Positions 1 to 6,353 of a stretch of 10,958 nt of DNA are shown one piece after another; the stretch's first letter is position 1, and the number at the start of each line of letters is the position of its first letter. The notes under the pieces are model-generated. The model made no database searches, had not been told where the DNA came from, and worked only from the letters and a program-made list of their open reading frames with translations. The stretch comes from Candidatus Micrarchaeaceae archaeon (GTDB lineage: Archaea > Micrarchaeota > Micrarchaeia > Micrarchaeales > CABMGC01). A program made the translations under genes and the position numbers. The stretch is from the NCBI GenBank assembly GCA_038877255.1, contig JAVYWZ010000021.1:1-10958 (forward strand). The letters are read 5' to 3'.

Positions 1-669
1 CTTATTAAGGTCTATTCCAAAGAATTCTATCGCTTCCTTTATTTTAAATTCTGCCCTGTTGAGTTCATCTCCTCCTTCCTTGTTTGCCTGTCTGAATGAA
101 TCCAGGATATACTCTTTCTGTAACCGAGTATCAACATGTCCGATTATCACTGAGTCATTAAGCAATATGGCATATGCTATGACTTCTGGAGTGTTAAGGT
201 CTGCTTTATATCCGCGTTTTTCAAGGTCTTCACCTAATCGTACCTCAACAGACTTGGCAGTTCTATCAAGCATACGATCTATTTTTTTCACTTCTATCTT
301 GAATGAGGAGTAATTGAGGTTATCAATCACTTTGGAAATGGCATCCTCGATTTTTGGGTATTCAATCAGATCTCCCATCTCAATGATAGCATCCACGGGC
401 ATTACAAAATCTACGAATGATGAAGCGGCTCCCTTAATTTTTGCAGAAATATCGTCAGAAGTATCTTTTGCCTCCAACTTGAAGAAAGCAGTGTTGAGAG
501 TGTTGTTGTTATTGATCTTATATGGCTCAAGTTTACATTCCGGCAAAACAGACTTTAGTTGTCTTTCAGCCATAATGCTGAATCTATGGTCTACGAAAAT
601 CAAGTATGTTTTTTCTTCCTTATGTTCAACTACTTTATCACCTATTCTCGACAAGGAAGCCCACACCAT
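1..669 (-). CDS. THUMP-domain RNA methyltransferase, FtsJ/RlmM-like (3' part lies outside the window; start uncertain)
   Basis: Not in the ORF track. My manual translation of the minus frame is open from ATG 669 to base 1: MVWASLSRIGDKVVEHKEEKTYLIFVDHRF...SSFKIEVKKIDRMLDRTAKSVEVRLGEDLEKRGYKADLNTPEVIAYAILLNDSVIIG...DELNRAEFKIKEAIEFFGIDLNK. The segment from FKIEVKK to GYKADLNTPEV is THUMP-like. NRAEFKIKEA matches the SRxxxKLxEA motif that precedes the SAM-binding domain of RlmM/TlyA/FtsJ-type 2'-O-methyltransferases. Confidence 0.8.
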   Translation of the reverse strand, partial: MVWASLSRIGDKVVEHKEEKTYLIFVDHRFSIMAERQLKSVLPECKLEPYKINNNNTLNTAFFKLEAKDTSDDISAKIKGAASSFVDFVMPVDAIIEMGDLIEYPKIEDAISKVIDNLNYSSFKIEVKKIDRMLDRTAKSVEVRLGEDLEKRGYKADLNTPEVIAYAILLNDSVIIGHVDTRLQKEYILDSFRQANKEGGDELNRAEFKIKEAIEFFGIDLNK

Positions 670-688
670 TCATGGGTGGGTAGTTTAC
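655..688 (+). mobile_element. Orphan IS200/IS605-family right-end (RE) hairpin remnant
   Basis: GGAAG-CCCAC-A-CCAT-TC-ATGG-GTGGG-TAGTTTAC is an imperfect hairpin preceded by GAAG and followed by a GTAGTT(T/C)AC-type tail. This is the typical layout of tnpB-element right ends. Confidence 0.65.
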
Positions 689-1218
689 AGCTTTGAAGCG
701 AGCTCTTCAAGGGCTTTTAGGTGCTCCTTCTGCTTATCGCTTATGGTGCCTGAATTCTTAAGAGCTTCTATTTCTTCTTTTATTTTCTCTTTAATTTCCT
801 GCGTTCCTGTGCTGCTGTCTTTGCTTGCTCCTTCAACTACCCTTTCAATAGGGAACCAGTCTGAAATCTCTTCAAGCACTTTCTCACCGGAGTCAGTTAT
901 GCCGTAAAACTTGTCATTCTTGCTTTCTGTTATTTTTAGATAACCATCTTCAACAAGCTTGTCAAGCTCAAAATACACACTACCGGGCGAAGGTCTCCAG
1001 TACCCGCGGCTTATTGCCTCTACGCTGTTCATTATGTCAGTGCCGCGCACAGGCTGTTTTTTAGCCATTGCCAAAATAAAGTACTTCAGGCCAAAACCAG
1101 ACTTGTAGCCGTGCATTCGCATGCCATGCATATGCATGCCAGGCATTCCGCCCATCATTCTTCTTCCATAGCCTCTGCCCCATCGTTCATCTTTGTCTTC
1201 GAAATCAAATGTATTCAT
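685..1218 (-). CDS. PadR-family winged-helix transcriptional regulator with Met/His/Gly-rich N-terminus
   Basis: GLKYFILAMA...GTDIM...GYWRPSPGSVYFELDKLVEDGYL...KFYGITDSG matches the PadR signature (WxPSPGSxYPxL...Y.IT..G). RBS-like GTGAT lies at 1226-1222. Confidence 0.92.
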   Translation of the reverse strand: MNTFDFEDKDERWGRGYGRRMMGGMPGMHMHGMRMHGYKSGFGLKYFILAMAKKQPVRGTDIMNSVEAISRGYWRPSPGSVYFELDKLVEDGYLKITESKNDKFYGITDSGEKVLEEISDWFPIERVVEGASKDSSTGTQEIKEKIKEEIEALKNSGTISDKQKEHLKALEELASKL

Positions 1219-1229
1219 ATTATCACTTT

Positions 1230-1255
1230 TAGATATCTATTATAGATATATCTAT
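1230..1255. promoter_or_regulatory. Tandem palindromic operator, probably PadR autoregulatory site
   Basis: Perfect palindromes TAGATATCTA (1230-1239) and ATAGATATATCTAT (1242-1255) sit between a TATA box and the padR RBS. Confidence 0.65.
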
Positions 1256-2520
1256 TTCAGATATTTAAACCTTTGCTTTGCATTGCTCTTGCCTCTTTGC
1301 CTTGCTATATGTGTTTGCTTGTCTTTTCTTTTGAATAATAGCTTATAGCTTATGCCGCTTGCCATCTGAAGCATGCCTCCTGCAAGCAAAGGTATTGGTA
1401 ATAATATGTCCATGAGATAGCCGCTTGCACCGGAGCTAAGCTGCGCTACTCTCGTTGCAACTCCTTGCACACTAGATGCTGTACCATAATCTTCATTGCT
1501 AATGCCTCTTATGTTAACGTTAGTTCTGCTCGGCGATCCGAAGCCTGAGATTGTTGCGCGCAAGAAGTAAAACACTCCTGCAACGAGAAACGTTGGTGAA
1601 AGGGCCATTGCAATTATTAGCGCACCTTGCACAACGCGCGTTACGTAGGCAATTGCTAGAGATTCAAACTTATTTGCATATTTTAGCGAAAAATAAAGCC
1701 CTAGCGCAGTAGCGGCATACACCACAGTAAACAAAGTCCCTACCTCTAGAGAGGTTACGTGGTACATAAGTACGAGCCATAAAGGAAGCAGCGGCGCAAT
1801 GAGCCCCATTCCTGCGCCTCCTAGTGAGTTTACTGTTATTACTTTTACAATGTATTTCTGGCTCGTCTTGTTCATTATCTTAGCCGTCTTCTTTTCCTTT
1901 TTCTGTTCTTTTAAGAAGAGCAGCATGATAAAAGAGACTCCGAGCAAAGCAGCCGATATCGCAAACAAATACCTGTAAGCAAGCAGCAAGCCCACTCGCA
2001 GACTGAGCGGCGTTACTAAGGAAAATAAAATGCTGCCGGCTATTGCGGATACAGAGGCGACCAGGCTGTTCAATGAATATTTTTTAACACGCTCTTTCTC
2101 ATCGCGATAGTTGTTTGCTATAAATGCGTTTGAGCCTGGGGAGAAAGAGCCGCGTATGCCTCCTGCACCGCCTGTAAGCCCTGCGATCATCATGCCAATT
2201 ATTATCACATCAATGTTTGTGGAAATAGTTATCAGCGCTATGCCAAGAAAGGTAACGCCTTCGCTAATTAGCAGCTCTACTTTGAAGCCTGCTCTGTCAC
2301 CTAAAAAGCCCAAAATTAGCGTAAAGAAGATCATAAAGAGCATGACAAGTGCTGCGACAAAGCCTATTGACACTAGGCTGAGCTTTAGTGCAGACAAATA
2401 AAGCGAAAAGGCCAAGCTGACATAAATGAGCCCAACACTTCTGGCGGCCCTTGAGTATATGAAAAATTTGAAGCTCCTGTCAACTTCTTTAAACTCTGTT
2501 ACAAAATCGCCGGTTAACAA
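1252..2520 (-). CDS. Major facilitator superfamily (MFS) transporter, substrate unknown
   Basis: 422 aa with about 12 hydrophobic segments in two halves. MFS motif A-like GFLGDRAGFK follows TM2. TTG start. Confidence 0.9.
   Translation of the reverse strand: MLTGDFVTEFKEVDRSFKFFIYSRAARSVGLIYVSLAFSLYLSALKLSLVSIGFVAALVMLFMIFFTLILGFLGDRAGFKVELLISEGVTFLGIALITISTNIDVIIIGMMIAGLTGGAGGIRGSFSPGSNAFIANNYRDEKERVKKYSLNSLVASVSAIAGSILFSLVTPLSLRVGLLLAYRYLFAISAALLGVSFIMLLFLKEQKKEKKTAKIMNKTSQKYIVKVITVNSLGGAGMGLIAPLLPLWLVLMYHVTSLEVGTLFTVVYAATALGLYFSLKYANKFESLAIAYVTRVVQGALIIAMALSPTFLVAGVFYFLRATISGFGSPSRTNVNIRGISNEDYGTASSVQGVATRVAQLSSGASGYLMDILLPIPLLAGGMLQMASGISYKLLFKRKDKQTHIARQRGKSNAKQRFKYLK
1262..1275 (-). 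promoter_or_regulatory. Archaeal BRE/TATA promoter of padR, inside the MFS 3' end
   Basis: The minus strand reads CAAAGG-TTTAAATA (TATA 1269-1262), about 45 nt upstream of the padR ATG. The predicted TSS near 1240 falls within the palindromes. Confidence 0.55.
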
Positions 2521-2555
2521 TATGCCGAATTATGCTTATAAAAGTGAGTGGGAAA

Positions 2556-2576
2556 CCCCTATCCTTCAGATAGGGG
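2556..2576 (+). repeat. Subterminal left-end hairpin of the IS200/IS605 element
   Basis: Perfect 8-bp stem CCCCTATC/GATAGGGG with loop CTTCA. Confidence 0.8.
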
Positions 2577-2592
2577 ATGAGAGCGAACCGCA

Positions 2593-2606
2593 GAAACGCA
2601 TATAAG
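2593..2606 (+). promoter_or_regulatory. Putative BRE/TATA promoter for a leaderless tnpB transcript
   Basis: GAAACGC-ATATAAG lies about 30 nt upstream of ATG 2632, the spacing typical of leaderless archaeal transcripts. Confidence 0.45.
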
Positions 2607-2631
2607 TTTTGAGACGCATAAGACCATAACC

Positions 2632-3016
2632 ATGATCGTCATGAAAACTGCATATAAATACCGTGCATATCCTTCAAGGGATCAAAAGGCAAAATTAGAT
2701 AGCTGTAAGCCCCCAGTATACAACAATTACCTGCAATGAATGTGGAAACGTGCAAGAAATACCCCTGAACAAAAGAACATTCATATGCGAGAAATGCGGA
2801 AATAAGGAAGACAGGGACATAAATGCATCAATGAATATACTCGAACGAGGAATACTCGCAAGAGCTACCGAAGGACATTCGGGAAGTCAAGCCTGTGGAG
2901 ACGATGTAAGACCTTCCGCAAGGAAGGCAGTTGCCGACGAAGCAGGAACTATACGGGTGGCGAGAGCAGAAAATAACGCACTGTTCTGCTGCGACATTAG
3001 AACTGCTGTTATTTGA
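2632..3016 (+). pseudogene. tnpB: tnpB pseudogene: N-terminal fragment joined out of frame to the C-terminal Zn-finger/RuvC-III fragment
   Basis: Frame A 2632-2700 reads MIVMKTAYKYRAYPSRDQKAKLD (typical TnpB N-terminus; stop at 2737-2739). Frame B from 2699 reads IAVSPQYTTITCNECGNVQEIPLNKRTFICEKCGNKEDRDINASMNIL, with two CxxC motifs and the DRDxNA RuvC-III motif. The central part, including RuvC-I/II, is absent. Confidence 0.9.
2855..2967 (+). ncRNA. Partial TnpB omegaRNA (reRNA) scaffold
   Basis: Stem-loops CTC-GCAA-GAG (2855-2864), CCGAA-GGACA-TTCGG (2868-2882) and CCTTCC-GCAA-GGAAGG (2912-2927). CCTG (2892-2895) pairs with CAGG (2943-2946). GCCTGTGGAG and GAAGCAGGAA motifs are typical of tnpB 3' regions. 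Confidence 0.6.
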
Positions 3017-3146
3017 ATTGCGTTGTAATCATACAATATTATATAAAGTTACGCCACAAGAAATACATAAACGAACAAAAAAGGTGCAATGGAATCTGAA
3101 AGGCATGCGTAACGCTGCCTGATTGCATTCCATGCCGCGGTGTTCT

Positions 3147-4340
3147 ATGTTAAACATTGTTTTGATAGTTGCCGATACGCTAAGGCAAGACATGTTTGAA
3201 GAGCTAGAAGCAAAGAAACACGCGTTTGAACGGCTCGGCTTTTCGTTTTATCGCCATTGCATTGCACCAGCATCATGGACGTTGCCGAGCCATGCATCTA
3301 TTTTTACGGGCATGTACCCCAGCGAGCACGGCGCCCATGAAAGCAAGAGCATAAAGTCGCTAGACATAGACCGCATCAAGCTTAAGCTTCCGACTTTTGT
3401 TAGCGATCTTAAAAACAAAGGTTACAAGACATATGCTATTTCTGCTAATCCATATGTAAGCCCGGTATATGGTTTTAACGAGTTTGACAAGTTTTTTGAA
3501 GAGTCGTATTTTACTGACATTTTCGGAAACGTAGTTGAGGTATCAAACAAGCTTAAGCCTTTGATCTCAAAATACAGAAACCTTTACGGTACAAGCGCGG
3601 TAAAAATCGCAATGCACGTGCTTAAGGATAATCCAAGTCTGTTTCTCGAAGCAGTCTCTACTGCTGCTGTGCTTACCCCAAAATCAGCGTTAATAAAAGC
3701 AAAGGCGAAGCTCATAGACGGCTGGCCCATAGAAAAAGGCGGTCGTAATACAGTAAAAAACGTTAAAACAATGCACTTCAACAAGCCATTCTTCCTTTTC
3801 ATCAACCTAATGGAAGCCCACGATCCTTACGTGGGCAAGAAGCACCTTGATTTTGACTGGGCAACACCTTTCCTGACGAAGAAGCCAAGCAAGGATCTAA
3901 TAGCAATGTGGCACAAGCTCTATGCAAAAGCATCTGAACGGGCATATGCCTATGCCAATGAAATAGCAAAAAAAGTGCTCGGTATTCAAAATACGCTTGT
4001 AATATTTACCAGCGACCATGGTCAAATGCTCGGCGAGCACAACTTCTTTGGTCATGGCACTGTGCTTTACGACGAACTGGTTAAAGTTCCTTTGGCGATC
4101 AGAATGCCAGACGGTTTTGAAAACAAAGAGCATTCAGGCTATCAATCATTGACATTGTTGAAAAATTTTATCGAAGCGGCTGTTTCCGGCGATGCGCACG
4201 CAGTGCGCATTCTTAGCCAGGGAGAAGTGCGCTCCGAGAGTTTTGGAATACCTGCAAGCATCTCTGTTGTTAAAGGAATAAACAAAGCGCTCCTTGAAAA
4301 GTACGATGTTGTGCGAACAAGGCGCTTTACAACAAAATAG
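3147..4340 (+). CDS. Alkaline-phosphatase-superfamily sulfatase-like hydrolase/transferase with Thr nucleophile
   Basis: Motifs NIVLIVADTLR, WTLPSHASIFTGMYPSEHG, FFLFINLMEAHDPY, TSDHGQMLGEH, GHG and LVKVPL. Likely start is ATG 3147, with GCGGTG upstream; the ORF track starts at 3123. No evident signal peptide. Confidence 0.88.
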   Translation: MLNIVLIVADTLRQDMFEELEAKKHAFERLGFSFYRHCIAPASWTLPSHASIFTGMYPSEHGAHESKSIKSLDIDRIKLKLPTFVSDLKNKGYKTYAISANPYVSPVYGFNEFDKFFEESYFTDIFGNVVEVSNKLKPLISKYRNLYGTSAVKIAMHVLKDNPSLFLEAVSTAAVLTPKSALIKAKAKLIDGWPIEKGGRNTVKNVKTMHFNKPFFLFINLMEAHDPYVGKKHLDFDWATPFLTKKPSKDLIAMWHKLYAKASERAYAYANEIAKKVLGIQNTLVIFTSDHGQMLGEHNFFGHGTVLYDELVKVPLAIRMPDGFENKEHSGYQSLTLLKNFIEAAVSGDAHAVRILSQGEVRSESFGIPASISVVKGINKALLEKYDVVRTRRFTTK

Positions 4341-4341
4341 G

Positions 4342-5556
4342 CTATGCCTGTTGCGTATTTATGATTATTCCTATTCCTGCGAAACGAGTTCCTGAATACA
4401 AAGTAAACCTGCCAAGGTCTTTTATATTATCAAATCTCTCAAACGCAGCATACTTATCGAGCTGCACTCTCGCTGTAATTGCGTCGAGGGCTTTTGCACG
4501 CCTGGCCACATACGTGCCAGTGCTTGTGTCTATTGTCTTTACATTTTCAAGCGTAGCCCCAATCTTTGCTCCATTCAGTACAATATTCACTCTTTTGCCT
4601 GTGTTTTCAACAAAGAAAATTTCAGCGTCAAAATCTTTAGCGACCTTTGGCATGTTGCTTTGAGTGCAAGCAACTCCGCCATCAACGCCAGAAACGCCTC
4701 TGCCACTTATGGCTATGCTATCTGCTGCCTTTGCGCTGTGCCTTTGCTTGCCTGCCACTATTATTGATTTTACTGTTATCGTTTTCCTGTTAGGCAGAAC
4801 TTTTAGCGTATCGCCCACTCTAAGCGTGCCTGTTATCACTCTTCCTGATATTGTTTTTTTGTCAAGATGACCTTGCAATAAAATTCTCAGTGGTCGTGTT
4901 TTTCCATCTTTTGAATTTGTTACTGCATTATGTAGAAGGTCCATAAGGGGCTTGCCTTTATACCATGGCATGCTCGCAGATTTTTCGACCAAGTTTTCAT
5001 TTTCATATGCTGAGATGGGTACAAAGCTTACCATTTCGTTGCGAAATCCTATCTTATTCAAATATCCTATGAGTGACTGCTTTACGTTTTCATATGCCTG
5101 TTTGTTGTACAAAACAAGATCCAATTTGTTAATTGCTACAACGAGCCTGCTTATGCCTAACATCCTTGCTAGAAAAAGATGCCTCTTGGTCTGATCCGTT
5201 ACACTCTCGTTCTGCTTTGCAGATACTACGAGTACTGCAACGTTTGCATTTGAGGCGCCTGTGAGCATATTTTTTATGAGCTCTTCGTGCCCAGGAACGT
5301 CTATGAATTCAAAGCCTATGCCTTTAAATCTTAGCTCAGCCCTTGTAGTATCTATCGTAAGTCCGTTCGCACGCTCCTCAGAAAAGGTGTCAAGGATAAA
5401 TCCCGGCTCGAACTGCCTATGCAATTCTTTGCTGATGCGCTTAGCCTCTGTTATTCTTTCTTGCGATACTGCATTTGTTGAAATTAAAAGCATGCCTAGC
5501 AGAGTGGATTTGCCGTGATCTTTGTGCCCTAGCATTGTGACCTTTTGTATTAGCAA
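4342..5556 (-). CDS. cysN: Sulfate adenylyltransferase GTPase subunit (CysN), EF-1alpha-like, without APS kinase domain
   Basis: Translation-factor GTPase motifs GHKDHGKST, GLTIDT, DVPGH, NMLTGAS, QTKRH, NKLD and PISA, followed by two beta-barrel domains. Starts 8 nt after the cysD stop. Confidence 0.85.
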   Translation of the reverse strand: MLIQKVTMLGHKDHGKSTLLGMLLISTNAVSQERITEAKRISKELHRQFEPGFILDTFSEERANGLTIDTTRAELRFKGIGFEFIDVPGHEELIKNMLTGASNANVAVLVVSAKQNESVTDQTKRHLFLARMLGISRLVVAINKLDLVLYNKQAYENVKQSLIGYLNKIGFRNEMVSFVPISAYENENLVEKSASMPWYKGKPLMDLLHNAVTNSKDGKTRPLRILLQGHLDKKTISGRVITGTLRVGDTLKVLPNRKTITVKSIIVAGKQRHSAKAADSIAISGRGVSGVDGGVACTQSNMPKVAKDFDAEIFFVENTGKRVNIVLNGAKIGATLENVKTIDTSTGTYVARRAKALDAITARVQLDKYAAFERFDNIKDLGRFTLYSGTRFAGIGIIINTQQA

Positions 5557-5564
5557 TTAATCGC

Positions 5565-6353
5565 CTACATGTAGCCAAAAGCCCTAAGCTTCTCCATCGT
5601 ATACTCGCGCTCCTTGTCTTGCTGTCTTCCAGAACGCTCTTCTACATTAGTGGTCTTAAGCTCTTTTATTATATCATTTATGGTTTTTGCATTTGATTTC
5701 AAAGGCACTGTGCAATGCGTGCAGCCAAGGCTTCTATACCTATACCCTTCTCTGGAAAAATAAAGAGGATTTACAGGTATTTTCTCCTGCTTTATATAAT
5801 TCCACACGTCTATTTCATTCCAGTCTAGCAGCGGGTGCACTCTTGTGTGGCCATCACCGCTTATCTTTGAAGAGTAGTCGTCCCATATCTCTGCAGGCTG
5901 GTTCTTGTAGTCCCATCTAAAGTTTTTGCTTCTTGGAGAAAACACACGCTCTTTTGCGCGGATTCCATGCTCATCACGCCTTATCGAAACTATAAGGGCG
6001 TCAAACTTGTAATGCGCCATTACCTTCTTGAGTGCTTCTGTTTTGTTCGCTCCGCAGCAGCTAAATCCTGAAATCTCGGGCTTTATTTCGCTTTTAGCGA
6101 CAATAAGATTTAAATGCCACCTTTTTGTAAGCATCTCTCTAAATGCATATGTTTCTGGAAAGTCTATGTTGTTGTCTATGTGTATCACTGGGAATGGGAC
6201 TTTGCCTAAAAAGGCTTTTCTCGCCAGTGCAAGCATTGTCGTCGAGTCTTTGCCCATGCTCCACAGCGCAGCGATGTTCTTGAAGTGCTTTTTTGCTTCG
6301 CGAAGTATAAATATGCTTCTTTCCTCTAGTTCGTCAAGATTCTGCTCTATCAT
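5565..6353 (-). CDS. cysD: Sulfate adenylyltransferase catalytic subunit (CysD), short form
   Basis: LDELEERSIFILREA, PP-loop WSMGKDS, RRDEHGIRAKERVFSPR, NQPAEIW, RVHPLLDWNE, YRSLGC, ERSGR. All are CysD hallmarks. Confidence 0.95.
   Translation of the reverse strand: MIEQNLDELEERSIFILREAKKHFKNIAALWSMGKDSTTMLALARKAFLGKVPFPVIHIDNNIDFPETYAFREMLTKRWHLNLIVAKSEIKPEISGFSCCGANKTEALKKVMAHYKFDALIVSIRRDEHGIRAKERVFSPRSKNFRWDYKNQPAEIWDDYSSKISGDGHTRVHPLLDWNEIDVWNYIKQEKIPVNPLYFSREGYRYRSLGCTHCTVPLKSNAKTINDIIKELKTTNVEERSGRQQDKEREYTMEKLRAFGYM

Larger units (their letters stand above)
2540..2967 (+). mobile_element. Non-autonomous, internally deleted IS200/IS605 (IS1341-like) tnpB element; right end missing
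   Basis: Left-end hairpin CCCCTATC-CTTCA-GATAGGGG (2556-2576) preceded by GAAA; candidate target tetranucleotide TTAT at 2536-2539; tnpB N- and C-terminal fragments; omegaRNA-like 3' region. No tnpA. Boundaries are approximate. Confidence 0.8.

Noticed and set aside
502..513. (GTT)3-ATT microsatellite
   Set aside because: It simply encodes NNNN in the methyltransferase and is too short to imply phase variation.
646..653. TCTCGACA is 7/8 complementary to TGGCGAGA (2958-2965), suggesting one omegaRNA stem split between the two IS fragments
   Set aside because: The match is short enough to be chance, and GC-GAGA-GC at 2960-2967 is equally explained as a local GNRA tetraloop. Not used as evidence.
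59..907. In-frame + strand ORFs 59..313 and 314..907 separated by one TAA (possible readthrough)
   Set aside because: They are antisense shadows of the methyltransferase and padR, with Ser/Leu/Ile-rich composition and no motifs.
2536..2543. Hybrid TATA box (TTTTATAA, minus strand) for the MFS gene formed at the IS junction
   Set aside because: The spacing to TTG 2520 is shorter than typical and the IS boundary is uncertain.
2750..3016. Stand-alone 88-aa zinc-finger protein
   Set aside because: It is the C-terminal fragment of TnpB; homology extends upstream of the GTG to 2699, where a stop precedes it.
2931..3146. ORF 2931..3122 in frame with the sulfatase-like gene across a TGA (Sec or readthrough?)
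   Set aside because: It begins inside the IS remnant, has no motif, and the AlkP fold begins naturally at MLNIVLIV (3147).
4342..5556. Elongation factor EF-1alpha or SelB
   Set aside because: Direct coupling to cysD, CysN-like NMLTGAS and QTKRH motifs, and degenerate domains II/III favour CysN.
5565..6353. PAPS/APS reductase (CysH)
   Set aside because: It has the CysD-specific motifs LEERSIFILRE, RAKERVFS and NQPAEIW, and lacks the C-terminal ECG(L/I)H.
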